Positions 31,494 through 42,838 are shown, counted from the first letter of the stretch. The stretch is 64,000 bases of DNA from Candidatus Latescibacterota bacterium (GCA_965198115.1 OZ240241.1:4544001-4608000); one strand, 5' to 3'. The notes: generated by a model not told the origin, from the sequence alone. Numbers and translations are program-made.

Positions 31494-34142
31494 TCAGCCC
31501 TTCGTGATGACGAACGTGTTGTCGCGCTCGTAACTGACGGACTCGAGCACGTCGGTTACGGTAACGCGAAGACGGTAGGTCCCCGGTTCGGTTCCGCTGA
31601 CATCGATCTGTACCGTTTCGTACTCGACCGACGCAGCACCGGTCCGTTCGTAGGAGATCTCGATGACCTTGCGCCCCCCGTCTGTGACGGCACGGGCGAT
31701 TTCACCGACGATCTTCGCGGCCAGGTTTCCGCCGTCCACAGGCTCCACCGTGTAGTCTACGCGGTATCGATTCTGATCGAATTCATCCCTCGAAAGACCG
31801 TAGATCTCGTAGTAGAGCGTGACCACTTCACCCGGCCCGTACGTGCGCCCGGGGCGTGGCACCACGCGCATACCGTCCTTGGTCGCCGCCCCTGCTTCAA
31901 GATCGACGCGAGAGGCGAATTCCAGGTCGCTCAGCCTCAGCGAGTCCGGTTCGTAAACGCTGACTGGAAGGGGTGTCTCAGTTCGTGGGAATGTCGAGCA
32001 CCTGAGCTTGACGGCGGTCGAAGCGCGGGTCTTCACGTTCGTCGCTTGAAGCGCCAGGATGAAATCGCCTCCGGGAGGGAGTCTGATGTGCATCTCTGCG
32101 ACGCCCACGGTATCGTTTGCCGAAGCATGAACGGGCGCAACCATCTCCCCGAGGGTTGTCCAGCGAGCGTCGAACACCGTGGCACTCGCCTCGAGGGTAG
32201 GCGGATCGCCCTGATCTTTCAACAGCACACCAAAGTAGATCTCCAGACGCGTCGTATCATCGCTCGCGCGGAACGATGCAGTGTCGTAGACGAAAGGCAG
32301 CGGCTTTCGGTTCAGCCGAAGGATCGACGGCTGATGCTTGATGGCTCTGGCCACGGTATCGTCCGATCGGCGCAGCTGCCAACCCCTCGCATTGTGTTGT
32401 GAGATCGATCTGCCCATTCCCGGCGGTGTAGCGAACTCAAAGGGCGCGCCTTTGAAGAGCGTCATAAAGACGATCTCCACGCCATCCATCACATCGGGAT
32501 AGATCCAGTATTCCCACGACCTCCCACTCTCGATCGGAAAAAGAGGAACACCTCGGATCTCCGGGATTCCCATTCGATCCGTCGGAGTTTCAAAATTGTC
32601 GCGGTCGAAGCGATCGCCGGGTTGACGTTGAATGCCTCGGCCGATGTAACCGCCGACCTGCTCCGTCTCGAACTCGGCTGACTCGAAATCGGACGCACGA
32701 ACCTGATTGTTTCGATATTCGACATCCCGCGTCGATGTGCGAATCCGTCGATGGAGATTATAGATCTCACGCTTTTCGTCATCATTCAGCGTCGCGAACA
32801 ATCGATCCTTCACGCGAACGACCTGCGGGTCGGTTTCGAATCGCATATTCCCCGACCGGCTCTTGTGGGCGGGCTCGCCATAGCGCACGTAAACTTCACC
32901 CCGCTGGTCCCACGGATCGGCGAACTCCGAATAATGGGTGAGCGCGTACCCGACGCGGCGAAGATGTTCGACACGCTTGGCGTTGCCCGACGACCCGGGC
33001 GTCGGATCGTGGCGCTCCCAGAATGCCTTGATGAAGTCTCCCCGTTCTCCCATTGGGAGAGCGTCATAGATCCCGTTCTCCTTTTGGGAAGCGACCCTAG
33101 TCACGTCCCTGAACAGAGGCTGCACGTCCGGGTCAAGCCGATCTACGAAGAGCGACCCCACCGAATCAGCCAAGGCGATCTCACCGAGTGCCTGGTAGCC
33201 GGCCAGCAGCGTCGCCAACGCCTGGACGCGATACGCCGGCGCCTGGTCCAGGATGAGTCGACTCAGGGATATCGCACGAACCTCATTCCCCAGCCCAAGC
33301 TCGACACCCGCCAGCCGCACGCGTGCCGCGTTGTGACCAGGGGCCGCAGAAAGCTGGGCCGTGTAGGCATCCTTCGCCTGACGTAGATACTGACCATCCA
33401 ATTCACCCCGGCGCTCGTACCAGACACCCCGTTTGAAGTAGGCGTCCCCGTGGTCTGGGAATCGCTTCGTCACCTTTCCGAGCTGATAGTCGATGTCGTT
33501 ACTACTCATTGCCAGGTGGCACTGCGCGAGATTGTAGGTCGCTTCTTCGTATTCCCGATCCAGGGCAATCGCATCTCGAAAGTGATCCCGAGCCTCCCTC
33601 CGCTTGCCCTGGAACTTCATCTTGGCGAGACCGAGGCCGTGATGAACAGCCGGTTGCTTCCGATCGATCCGCATCGCCTCCATCAGCGCGTTTTCCGCCT
33701 CGACGTACTCCCCTTGTTCGAGTTGAATGTAGCCGAGCGCCGTCCAGGCGGTCGCGTCTAGCGCGTCGTCGTCCAGTACGAGCCTCAACACATCGGCTGA
33801 ATCGATCAGGTCCAGGGAGTCGGGTGCCGCGGCGATGAGCCAGTAGTCCTTGGGCATCGCGCGTTCGTCGTTGAAGAAAAACTGGGAGACGTTCAGGTGG
33901 GCACGGCCTGCGAGACAGCCGTAGTAGAGTTGACCCAGGGGTAGGAGGCGATCGGACCAATATCGTTCAAGTAACAGGGATGCCTTGAGGCCCTTCAGCT
34001 TCTTGAGCCGCTTCGCCATTGGAGGATCGATCTGACGCAGACGATGCAGCGCGAATTGTCGTTGGCTCTGGGTCAGCGACCAGCCTTCCGAGGGCAAGAG
34101 CAGGGAGGCCGTCGCCACAAGAGGCAGGATGAGCCGGGTCAT
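31494..34142 (-). CDS. Secreted TPR-repeat plus GWxTD-domain protein
   Basis: Signal peptide, TPR helices, FWERHDPTPG, PWDQRGEVYVRYGEP, WEYWIY, Ig-like C-terminus. Confidence 0.85.
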   Translation of the reverse strand: MTRLILPLVATASLLLPSEGWSLTQSQRQFALHRLRQIDPPMAKRLKKLKGLKASLLLERYWSDRLLPLGQLYYGCLAGRAHLNVSQFFFNDERAMPKDYWLIAAAPDSLDLIDSADVLRLVLDDDALDATAWTALGYIQLEQGEYVEAENALMEAMRIDRKQPAVHHGLGLAKMKFQGKRREARDHFRDAIALDREYEEATYNLAQCHLAMSSNDIDYQLGKVTKRFPDHGDAYFKRGVWYERRGELDGQYLRQAKDAYTAQLSAAPGHNAARVRLAGVELGLGNEVRAISLSRLILDQAPAYRVQALATLLAGYQALGEIALADSVGSLFVDRLDPDVQPLFRDVTRVASQKENGIYDALPMGERGDFIKAFWERHDPTPGSSGNAKRVEHLRRVGYALTHYSEFADPWDQRGEVYVRYGEPAHKSRSGNMRFETDPQVVRVKDRLFATLNDDEKREIYNLHRRIRTSTRDVEYRNNQVRASDFESAEFETEQVGGYIGRGIQRQPGDRFDRDNFETPTDRMGIPEIRGVPLFPIESGRSWEYWIYPDVMDGVEIVFMTLFKGAPFEFATPPGMGRSISQHNARGWQLRRSDDTVARAIKHQPSILRLNRKPLPFVYDTASFRASDDTTRLEIYFGVLLKDQGDPPTLEASATVFDARWTTLGEMVAPVHASANDTVGVAEMHIRLPPGGDFILALQATNVKTRASTAVKLRCSTFPRTETPLPVSVYEPDSLRLSDLEFASRVDLEAGAATKDGMRVVPRPGRTYGPGEVVTLYYEIYGLSRDEFDQNRYRVDYTVEPVDGGNLAAKIVGEIARAVTDGGRKVIEISYERTGAASVEYETVQIDVSGTEPGTYRLRVTVTDVLESVSYERDNTFVITKG

Positions 34143-34328
34143 AGCGGTCCTTTTCCAGACGAATGGGGTTGCTCACAATGTCCGTGAAATCAACACGGGT
34201 CGCAAACGGATCGACAGAAACGGTGGCGAGGCGCCGTCTCTTCAGGAATCTGGACGGAGGTTCCGGCGAGGGTTATATTTCGTTGAAGGTAAGTGACATA
34301 GATAAACAGTGTTAAGCAAGGGGCTCGC

Positions 34329-35273
34329 ATGTCCTATCAGCCAAAGACGGTTACCGTCGGCGATGTTCAACTCCACCTCTCCCCAGCTGTCGAGAAGCAC
34401 GAAGCGTGGATCGGCCAGCGCGACGTGTTCAGGCAGCTGTTGGCGTGCTGGCTCACCGTCCACGACCAGGACCTCGCGCTCGCGCCTCGTTTGATCGGTC
34501 CTCCGGGCATCGGCAAGACAACCCTGGGTATGGCCGCAGCGCACGAACGATCACAGCCTCTCTACATCTACCAGTGCACGAGCGACACGCGACCCGAGGA
34601 CTTGCTCGTCACACCCGTGCTCGTGGAATCGGGCAAGATCGCCTACCACGCGTCGCCCCTCGTCACCGCGATGATCACCGGCGGCGTCTGCATTCTCGAC
34701 GAAGGCAACCGGATGAACGAAAAGAGCTGGGCCTCCCTCGCCCCGCTCCTCGACCATCGCCGCTATGTGGAAAGCGTCGTCGCTGGCATCACCATCCCGG
34801 CCAGCGAGGACTTCCGCTGCACGGTGACGATGAACGACGACGAATCGACCTACGAAACTCCCGACTACATTCTTTCCAGGCTTCAACCAACCCTCGCCGT
34901 CGGCTATCCCAACCGGCAGGACGAACTCGCGATTTTGAAATACCATCTCCCTTTCGCGGAAGCGGAGATGCTGAACCTCACTGTGGAATTCCTGCAGCGG
35001 GCGCACGATCTCAACCTCGAGTACTCGCCCCGCGACGGAATCCACATCATCCAATACGCGCTCAAGCGATTGGCGCAGGATTCCGATCATCCCCTCTCTC
35101 GGGACGCGGCTTGGAGCGAAGCCCTCGAACGAGTCCTCGGCGAGGAAGCCCTCGACCTCGACAAGCTGGCGGAGCAACGCAGCCGTGCACTCGGCAACGA
35201 GGTGCCGGGTGTCGACCTGAGCGACTTCTTTTTCGGCCCCGACGACTCGACACGCCCGGACTCGGATAACTGA
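34329..35273 (+). CDS. AAA+ ATPase (MoxR/CbbQ-like)
   Basis: Walker A GPPGIGKT, Walker [15 protein letters not shown]. Confidence 0.88.
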   Translation: MSYQPKTVTVGDVQLHLSPAVEKHEAWIGQRDVFRQLLACWLTVHDQDLALAPRLIGPPGIGKTTLGMAAAHERSQPLYIYQCTSDTRPEDLLVTPVLVESGKIAYHASPLVTAMITGGVCILDEGNRMNEKSWASLAPLLDHRRYVESVVAGITIPASEDFRCTVTMNDDESTYETPDYILSRLQPTLAVGYPNRQDELAILKYHLPFAEAEMLNLTVEFLQRAHDLNLEYSPRDGIHIIQYALKRLAQDSDHPLSRDAAWSEALERVLGEEALDLDKLAEQRSRALGNEVPGVDLSDFFFGPDDSTRPDSDN

Positions 35274-35278
35274 ACTGC

Positions 35279-35360
35279 GCCACTGAGGTCACTGAGAAAA
35301 ACCCCGAAGTTCTGGATCAGGCGAGTCCCGATCCTCAGTGTTTTCCGTGTCCTCAGTGGC
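35279..35360. repeat. Empty inverted 9-mer tandem-repeat cassette
   Basis: GCCACTGAGGTCACTGAG ... CTCAGTGTT TTCCGTGTC CTCAGTGGC. Confidence 0.8.
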
Positions 35361-35377
35361 CGTCTTTTGGTTTTTTT

Positions 35378-37216
35378 ATGAATGACGTTCTAGACCTCAA
35401 CGATCGAATCACGCTTCTGCCTGTCCTACACGGCAGTGGCGATTTCGCTTTGGAGGTCCGGGCTCGTATCCACGCGGGCGACTTCGATTGTGTGGCCGTG
35501 CCGCTCCCGGCTGTCTTCGAAGATCCGGTGATGGAAGCGGTCGACCTCCTACCGCGCATTCACATCGTGGCACAACGTGAAGGGGGCGTTTCCGAAGATC
35601 CGTCCGCCTACACGTTCGTCCCCATCGACCCTTGCCAACCCGTCATCGCCGCCCTCCGTGAAGCACGCAGCCTCGGAATACCCACGGCCTTCTTCGATAT
35701 CGAAGTCCAGGACTTCACCACCGAGGCACTCGTCCACCCTGATCCTTTCGCGCTCAAAGAAGTCGCCCTCGAGCGATTTGCCACCGCGCTGGTCCCTGCC
35801 CTGCCAGCGCCCGAAGGTGGCAGCCAACGCGACGCCCGCATTCGGTGGATGGCGCATCAGCTCCACTTACTCGAACTCGACCACGAACGGATCCTCGCAA
35901 TCTGCCCCGTCCAGGACTGGCCGTGGATCCGCGACGCCTACCAGCGGCGAGTGCCACCTCCTGAATCCAACGGCCCCGTCTGGCCGCCCGAGATCTACGC
36001 GGTCGCGACCCGTTCGCTCTACTTCGCGTTGGGCGAGCTCCCCTGCATCACACATCTCTACGAACATCGTCGGGCCGAAATGCTGCCCGACGAAACGCTC
36101 GCAGTGGACGGCGTCAAGTCGCTCATCCTCGAGGCGAGGACGGCCTGGATTCGCAAACACGACCTGACGACGCACTGGCTGACACCGCAGACGATGTCCC
36201 TGATGCTGCGCTACATCAGAAATCTCACGCTTCTCGACAGTCGAATGTCTCCCGACCTCTACACCATTGCGCTGGCGGCCAAGCAGGTGGGGGGCGACGA
36301 TTTTGCAGCCACCCTCATCGAAACGGCGCGCATCTACCCCGCCCAGCTCGAATCGCCCCATCCCGAAGTCACCCTCGGCGTGGACCTCGGTGTCTTTCCC
36401 CTCGGCGATGCAGATACGAAGAACCGTCTCATCGGATCCGAGCGGGTCTGGCGAGAGCTGCCGCTCAAACCCTCGCCCCCTCCCGAAAAGCAACGCGATT
36501 GGCAGACGCAGTGGGACCCCTTCCGGCAGTGCTCCTATCCGCCCGAGGACGATCGCATCGAAAGCTTCAACGCGCACGTCCGCGAACAGGCCCGACTCCT
36601 GATCGGCGAGGACCTCGCCAAAACCGAAAAATTCACGAGCTCGCTCAAAGACGGTCTGGACATTCGCGAAACATTACGCAACTGGCACACCGGCGACATC
36701 TACGTCAAAGAGCTCCCGCCGTCACGCGGCACGATCGAAGTCGTCGTCTTCCTGTTCGACACACCCGCCGATCCCAATCGCTACGCCTGGCGAACGACCT
36801 GGTATGCCGAACATCAGGCCGAGTCGACTCTCTGTTTCTTCGCGACCGAATTCACCGACAACGTCATCGGTCCCGGGGTCGCCCAAGCCCTTTACGGTGG
36901 GTGCTTTCTGATGTTCCCTCCCCGCCCGATCCCGGACGTCTGGGCGGACGATCGTCTCGCTGAGGCCGATACGCTTGAAGAGCGGTTGATCCTCGGTGCC
37001 GCTTTCCATTCCAGGGAACGTCGGATTGCACTCGTTTCCCCCACACCTCCCAAGAGCCGGTGGCGCCGTCTTGCCCGTCGCTGCAAGAAGCAGCTCGTCT
37101 ACATCCCGCTGAATCGCTTCAGCCTTCAGACCATCGGTCGACTGCGCCAGTTTCACGTCCTGAACGGGCGCGAAGTCCGCTCCTATGCCTCCAAGTTCAT
37201 CCGCGATCTGAGGTAA
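35378..37216 (+). CDS. Hypothetical 612-aa protein, probable partner of the AAA ATPase
   Basis: Long, protein-like ORF co-oriented with the ATPase; LPVLHGS, PIDPCQP, GLDIRETLRNW. Confidence 0.75.
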   Translation: MNDVLDLNDRITLLPVLHGSGDFALEVRARIHAGDFDCVAVPLPAVFEDPVMEAVDLLPRIHIVAQREGGVSEDPSAYTFVPIDPCQPVIAALREARSLGIPTAFFDIEVQDFTTEALVHPDPFALKEVALERFATALVPALPAPEGGSQRDARIRWMAHQLHLLELDHERILAICPVQDWPWIRDAYQRRVPPPESNGPVWPPEIYAVATRSLYFALGELPCITHLYEHRRAEMLPDETLAVDGVKSLILEARTAWIRKHDLTTHWLTPQTMSLMLRYIRNLTLLDSRMSPDLYTIALAAKQVGGDDFAATLIETARIYPAQLESPHPEVTLGVDLGVFPLGDADTKNRLIGSERVWRELPLKPSPPPEKQRDWQTQWDPFRQCSYPPEDDRIESFNAHVREQARLLIGEDLAKTEKFTSSLKDGLDIRETLRNWHTGDIYVKELPPSRGTIEVVVFLFDTPADPNRYAWRTTWYAEHQAESTLCFFATEFTDNVIGPGVAQALYGGCFLMFPPRPIPDVWADDRLAEADTLEERLILGAAFHSRERRIALVSPTPPKSRWRRLARRCKKQLVYIPLNRFSLQTIGRLRQFHVLNGREVRSYASKFIRDLR

Positions 37217-37257
37217 GACCGGTCCTCCAACGTCGGAACCACAGGAAAGGTTAGACT

Positions 37258-39043
37258 ATGACGTCTCATCCGTCTCCGGATCACATCATGCAAATCGGAT
37301 TGGGGTTTTGGGGGTCGAAGACCCTCCTCAGCGCCGTTGAAATGGAACTGTTCACAGTGCTCGGAGAAGGGGCCGAAGATCTCGAGAGCGTTCAGAATCG
37401 CCTCGGCTTGCATCCGCGAGCCTCGCGTGATTTCCTCGACGCCCTCGTCTCCTTGGGCTTTCTCCAGCGCGTGGATGGCAAGTACGGGAACACCCTGGAG
37501 ACGGATATTTTCTTGAATAAACGGAAGCCTTCCTACATCGGTGGAATGCTCGAGATGGCTAACCATCGACTATACCGATTCTGGGGCGGCCTCTCCGATG
37601 CGCTGCGGACGGGAGAGTTGCAAAACGAGGCAAAGGGTGGGGGCGAGTCGTTCTTCGCAACGCTGTATGCAGACCCTGCGCGACTCAAGGAATTCCTCGC
37701 TGCAATGACGGGAATCAGCCACGGTGCCAACCTGGTGTGACGCCTTGCGATAATTCTCCGCCCGGCTTAAGCTATTCGCAGAATAGGCAGAATCGTTTCA
37801 ATACGGTTAACAGTGGAGACCGTTCCCTAATGAGTTGAGGGTCACCTAAGATCTGGCGGCCATACGACATAGTGCCATAGGAGTACTTACAAGGCGCAAC
37901 GGCCAAAAGCGGTTGTCGGACCTACGCCTGATGTCCCTTTCTTTACGCGAACGCGTTTGGCACATTCCGGGGGATCGGGACGCGAAACGCTCTCGACCTC
38001 CGACGGGTCCGCCATCGGCAGCACCGCCAGGGAGACGGCCGATTTTCTACCCCGCTTCGCCATTTTCGGGAAGCACCTTCAAAGCCGCCTTGTCGACAGA
38101 CGCAAGCTCTTGTTTTTGAACTGGTTTAAGTGTTTCCGACACCTGAAAAACCCCCCTTTCGTCGACAACGGCCGCGATGCGCCAGTCCGGGACTGAAATT
38201 AGGACGGATTAGCAAAAGAAACGGGACATGACCGGTCTCCGGTCGGACGGCCACAGGTTTTCCGCACCCCCCTATGCCCGCTGGGACCTGGCCTGGCCAC
38301 GTCTTGAGCCTAATCGGTCGAAACGCGCTATTTTCGCGGTTCGAGAGCCTATTTCTCGGGCGTGTGGGAAAATGAAAAGGGCGCGGTCTACATCGGAACG
38401 CCCAGAGAGTTCATCCCCCTTATCTCCGGGTCGTCAGTTCTTGGTGCGTGAGAATGCGAATAGCGGTAATCTGGGCGGGAATCTATCGTAAGCCGTAACA
38501 AACCTGGCGATCGCAGAGAAGCTCTCCTGGGACGAATACAAGACCTTTGTCGATGTGGGAACAGCACAGGGCGATCTCGCGACACAGGTCGCCCTCGCCC
38601 ATCCCCATCTGACTGGCCAGGGCTTCGACTTGCCCGAAGTCGCCCCTGTTTTCGAAGCGTATGTCGAAGAAAACGGCCTCACGGGCAGACTGACGTTTTC
38701 AGGAGGGAGCTTCTTCGACGTCCCGCTGCCAGAAGCCGATGTCGTGATGATGGGCCACATCCTCCACGACTGGAACCTCGATCAGAAGAGAATGCTCATC
38801 CAGAAAGCCTACAACGCCCTACCAGAAGGGGGCGCGTTCATCGTCTACGAATCCATCATCGACGACGACCGATCCCAAAACACGTTCGGTCTGCTGATGA
38901 GTCTGAATATGCTGATCGAAACCGAGGGAGGGTTCGACTACACGGGTGCGGATTGTCAGGGCTGGATGGAAGAAGCGGGCTTCAAACAGTCACGCGTGGA
39001 ACACCTCGTCGGCCCGGACTCGATGGTGGTCGGCATCAAGTAG
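37258..39043 (+). pseudogene. O-methyltransferase (acetylserotonin/caffeate OMT-like) interrupted by an insertion
   Basis: Dimerisation domain [13 protein letters not shown], then DVGTAQG, GHILHDW; removing the insertion and one target copy gives [13 protein letters not shown]. Confidence 0.92.
37736..38500. mobile_element. 765-bp non-autonomous element with TGT...ACA ends (IS21-like MITE)
   Basis: About 45-bp imperfect terminal IRs; 7-bp target duplication AACCTGG at 37729-37735 and 38501-38507; no transposase. Confidence 0.88.
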
Positions 39044-39228
39044 GACGACACTGGCAAAGAGCGTCGGAGAGGACCCGTGGATGATCTCACGGGATGACGC
39101 ATCCAAAAGTGGCCCCGGGACCACTTTTCAGACCAGCCAGGCGAGCGGGTCTTGGATTCCGGTCCCGATCGGTTATTATGGGACCTCCATCGGGGTCCTG
39201 TTTTTCGTGTCTGGAAAGGAATGTCGTC

Positions 39229-40404
39229 GTGAAAATCGCCCAAAACGCCCTCGGAACGCGGTTTGGAATGGAGGAAATCGAGGCCGTCATCCGAGCGATG
39301 AAAAGCGGCCACGCAAGCGGTCTCACGTCGGACGGAGAAGGCGCACGCTTCGCACAGGAATTCGCCGATTACTGCGGCGTCGAGTTTGCGCTTCCACTCA
39401 ACGGAGCCTGCAACGCCCTGTCGATCGCGGCCCGGCTCGTCGACCTGCAACCAGGCGACGAAATCATCAGCAACCCGATCACCTACATCGCCACGGCTAT
39501 CTACGCCCTCCGGCACGACGCAACCGTTCGTTTCACGGAAACAGATCCCGAAACGCTCAACGTCGACGAAGACAGCATCGAATCGCTCATCTCGCCCAAG
39601 ACGAAAGCGCTTTTCATCGCCTCCTACGAGGGCCACGTGCCCGATATGGCTCGTCTGAGGGAAATCAGCGACCGTCACGACCTCTTTTTCGTGTTCGATG
39701 CCGCCCGATGCTGTGGGGGACGCTTCTGTGACCGAAGCGTCGCCCAATTCGCCGACGCGACGGCCTTCAGCTTCCAGGAACAGAAGAATATGGCTACTGG
39801 CGACGGCGGAATGCTCGTGCTCGGCCCCAAGGCTCCGGAAGCGTGGCAAAGGAGAGCGACACAGCTGCGCAACGTCCGTGGCACGGGTGACGTCATCGGC
39901 GAGAACTTTCGGATGGACGAGATCCGAGCCGCCATCGGCCGGGCGCAGTTGCCCAAGCTCGATCGGATGAACGAAGAACGTCGCAACCTCGCCTTTCGTC
40001 TCACCGAGGGGCTATCAGGTTACCCTGCGATTCGTCCGGTCAGGACTTTTCCCGATCGCCATCACGTCTTCCACTGGTATATGGCCACCGTCGACCCTGA
40101 CGGCCTGAACACCGACCGCGAGATCTTTTCGCGACCCATCGATGGCGTCGACGGTTCGCCCTCTCCGCGTGACGTCTTCTCGAACGAAATGAAAAAGGAA
40201 GGCATCGATATGCCCTCCCAGAACGCACCTGTCTACCTCACCGAGACCTACACCTCTCGCGACTACGTACCCGGACTCTGCCCCCTCAGCGAATCCCTTT
40301 GGCGCGACCAGATCGTCCGCTTCCCGCTGAATCTGGATATGACTGACGACGAGATCAGCCAGATTGTCGTTGCGGTCGGTCGCGTCCTGGCCCGACTGAC
40401 CTGA
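39229..40404 (+). CDS. DegT/DnrJ/EryC1/StrS-family PLP aminotransferase
   Basis: LQPGDEII, FDAAR, FSFQEQKNMATGDGG, GENFRMDE. Confidence 0.9.
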   Translation: MKIAQNALGTRFGMEEIEAVIRAMKSGHASGLTSDGEGARFAQEFADYCGVEFALPLNGACNALSIAARLVDLQPGDEIISNPITYIATAIYALRHDATVRFTETDPETLNVDEDSIESLISPKTKALFIASYEGHVPDMARLREISDRHDLFFVFDAARCCGGRFCDRSVAQFADATAFSFQEQKNMATGDGGMLVLGPKAPEAWQRRATQLRNVRGTGDVIGENFRMDEIRAAIGRAQLPKLDRMNEERRNLAFRLTEGLSGYPAIRPVRTFPDRHHVFHWYMATVDPDGLNTDREIFSRPIDGVDGSPSPRDVFSNEMKKEGIDMPSQNAPVYLTETYTSRDYVPGLCPLSESLWRDQIVRFPLNLDMTDDEISQIVVAVGRVLARLT

Positions 40405-40409
40405 CTCTT

Positions 40410-41627
40410 GTGGACCTACCAGATAGACTGGCCTCGCTCGCAGCCTCGCCTCTCGTAACCGGATGGGGCGAGACGTCGTCGGACGATCGCTTCGACCTGC
40501 TCGACGCCGAGGCCATCGCATCGGCCGCCGGGTGGTCAGGACTGGAGCCTGCGTGGATTCCCGATGTGGTCGACGCGGCACGCCGCATCCACGATGACGA
40601 TTCGTTCGCGCGTCTCTTCCATCACGTCCGTGATGGACTCCTCATTCGGCAGGGCCTGTTCGACCATCGCTCGACGTTTCCGAACGTCATCGAACCGCTC
40701 GCCGAGTTGTCCGGCCCCTTCTACCTCTTGATCGCGATGTCCGGTGTCGACCCGATGCGGGCATCCCACCGCGCTCACGGCATTCCCGATACCGTTTCGC
40801 GCCTTACGGCGCGCGATATTCGCGTCTGGATCGACGAACACCTCTCGCGCGGTGTCCCGTGTGACACCGGATTCAGACGACCGTTCGACCCAATGCCCGT
40901 CGGAATCCACGCACGAGGACTCGCCTGGATCTCGCGCAGCCTCATCGGCCAGATCATCCGCGTCGAGCGTCTCCAGTTCATCCACGCGCCGTTCCGACCG
41001 CCCTTCACGATCCGTCGCCATCGCGAAACCGGTGACATTGCCGTCTTCGCCGAAGGCGGACTGGCTTTCGACGAGGCGGGCTGGCGCTGCGATCAGGACG
41101 AGAAAGGAGTCACCCAATCACCCGATCCGTCGTCCGGGCAGGCCACCCGGATCGCCGACAACGGACACGCCATCGCCAACCCGACCGAAATCGTCGAATC
41201 GGACTGGGAGATCCTCGTCGCACCCGGCGATCCCATCCTCGAAATCCACATCCCCGAGGACGGCCCAATGGACTTCGCCGAGTGCGGCGCGTCCTTCCGT
41301 CAGGCCATCGAACATTACACGACCTGGTATCCCGACAGACCCTTCAAAGCCTTTTCGTGTGGATCGTGGCTGCTAGATCCTCAGTTTCAGGACTACCTCG
41401 CCGAGTCATCCAATCTTGTCCGCTTTCAACGCGCATCTCGGCTCTTCCCGCACACCAAAGGGCCAGGACGCTCCGGTCTCCTCCGAATCTTCGAATCGGA
41501 CGACCTCCCCAACCTTCCGCGGGACACGAGTATGCGCCGTGCGTATCTTGACCATCTCGAATCGGGAGGAGGCTGGTACGGAGGCGGCTGTGTCGTCCTC
41601 CCCTCCGAACTCGACCGCTGGCCATAG
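40410..41627 (+). CDS. Acyltransferase-domain protein (GNAT-like C-terminus)
   Basis: HRAHGIP, RVERLQF, LEIHIPEDGP, CGSWLLDPQ, SNLVRFQR, DTSMRRA. Confidence 0.75.
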   Translation: MDLPDRLASLAASPLVTGWGETSSDDRFDLLDAEAIASAAGWSGLEPAWIPDVVDAARRIHDDDSFARLFHHVRDGLLIRQGLFDHRSTFPNVIEPLAELSGPFYLLIAMSGVDPMRASHRAHGIPDTVSRLTARDIRVWIDEHLSRGVPCDTGFRRPFDPMPVGIHARGLAWISRSLIGQIIRVERLQFIHAPFRPPFTIRRHRETGDIAVFAEGGLAFDEAGWRCDQDEKGVTQSPDPSSGQATRIADNGHAIANPTEIVESDWEILVAPGDPILEIHIPEDGPMDFAECGASFRQAIEHYTTWYPDRPFKAFSCGSWLLDPQFQDYLAESSNLVRFQRASRLFPHTKGPGRSGLLRIFESDDLPNLPRDTSMRRAYLDHLESGGGWYGGGCVVLPSELDRWP

Positions 41628-41636
41628 ATAGAAGGA

Positions 41637-41737
41637 GTTCAGTGTTCGGTGTTCAGGAAGGCCGCTACGGTCACTGGTCATTTGTCACCTGTCACAGGTC
41701 AATCTGATCCCTCCCTGTTCTCAGTGTTCTCAGTGGC
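41637..41737. repeat. Cluster of three short tandem-repeat types in one spacer
   Basis: GTTCAGT-like x3 (41637-41657), GGTCACT-like x5 (41669-41703), CTCAGTGTT-like x3 (41711-41737). Confidence 0.8.
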
Positions 41738-41758
41738 GCCTTTTAAAGCGAGGAAGCA

Positions 41759-42838
41759 ATGAAAATCACCAAAATCGAAGGCCACCAAATCGAAACTCGC
41801 CGGGCTTATGGCCACGTGTCGGGTCACGTCATCCTCAAAGTCCACGTCGACGACGGTCCCGTCGGACTGGGTGAAGCCTCCGACAGTCGCTGCGGGGATC
41901 TTCCCGCGCTCATCGGACAATACAACGACCTGCTCGTCGGGTCCGATGCGACAGCCATTACCGAAACCAACGAGCGTCTGGGCACCCACAGCTTCAACAG
42001 CACCGTCAGCGACAACCACTGCGTGTCTGCGATCGATCTGGCACTCTACGACCTGAACGGCAAAGCACTGGGCGTTTCCGCGAATCGCCTAATGGGCGGG
42101 AAGATTCGGGACAAGATCTACTGTTGCTATCCGACGTGGGGATGGCAGCTCAAAGAGGATTTCGACAAGACCGTCGGCTACGTACAGCGGCTCGTCGACC
42201 ACGGACATCACCTGATCCGCTTCTACATCTCCGGCGACGACGCGGAGCTCGATAACCGTTTCCTCACGACCGTCTTCGACCGCTTTGGCGACAAGGTCAA
42301 ACTCAAACAGATCGACTTCTCGGGTCGCTTCAACGATTGGCGTGCGGCCCTCGAGTATGCCCAGGCCCTCCGTCATCACAATCCCTACCATTTCGAGCAA
42401 CCGTCGAGAAACCTTCGGGTTTGCGCCGAATTCACCAAGCGAATGGACCTGCCCGTCAGTCTTCACACGAGCAACATACAGACTGCCCTCGATTCGATCG
42501 AGCTTCGCGCCTGCACGGCTTTCAACCTCTGTAATGTCAGCCGCGGCCCGACTTACATCCGTCGCATCTACGCGGTCGCAGAATCGGCCGGCATCAAATG
42601 CCTGATCGGAACCGATCAGGAATCGACGCTCGGCATCGCCGGCCAGCTTCACGTCGGCGCAACCGTACCCAACCTCGATCTGCCGTGCGATCCAATGGGA
42701 CCGATGCTCTACCTCGACTCGCCCGCCAAGGAACGCATCCACGCCGAGGGCAGTTACCTCACCGTTCCTGACGGCCCAGGTCTCGGAGTCGAGCTGGATG
42801 ATGAAAAACTCAAGGCGTTGACGATCGCTTCGGCCTGA
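41759..42838 (+). CDS. Mandelate racemase/muconate lactonizing enzyme family (enolase superfamily)
   Basis: MKITKIE, GLGEA, SAIDLALYDLNGKALG, FEQP, PDGPGLGVELD. Confidence 0.9.
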   Translation: MKITKIEGHQIETRRAYGHVSGHVILKVHVDDGPVGLGEASDSRCGDLPALIGQYNDLLVGSDATAITETNERLGTHSFNSTVSDNHCVSAIDLALYDLNGKALGVSANRLMGGKIRDKIYCCYPTWGWQLKEDFDKTVGYVQRLVDHGHHLIRFYISGDDAELDNRFLTTVFDRFGDKVKLKQIDFSGRFNDWRAALEYAQALRHHNPYHFEQPSRNLRVCAEFTKRMDLPVSLHTSNIQTALDSIELRACTAFNLCNVSRGPTYIRRIYAVAESAGIKCLIGTDQESTLGIAGQLHVGATVPNLDLPCDPMGPMLYLDSPAKERIHAEGSYLTVPDGPGLGVELDDEKLKALTIASA

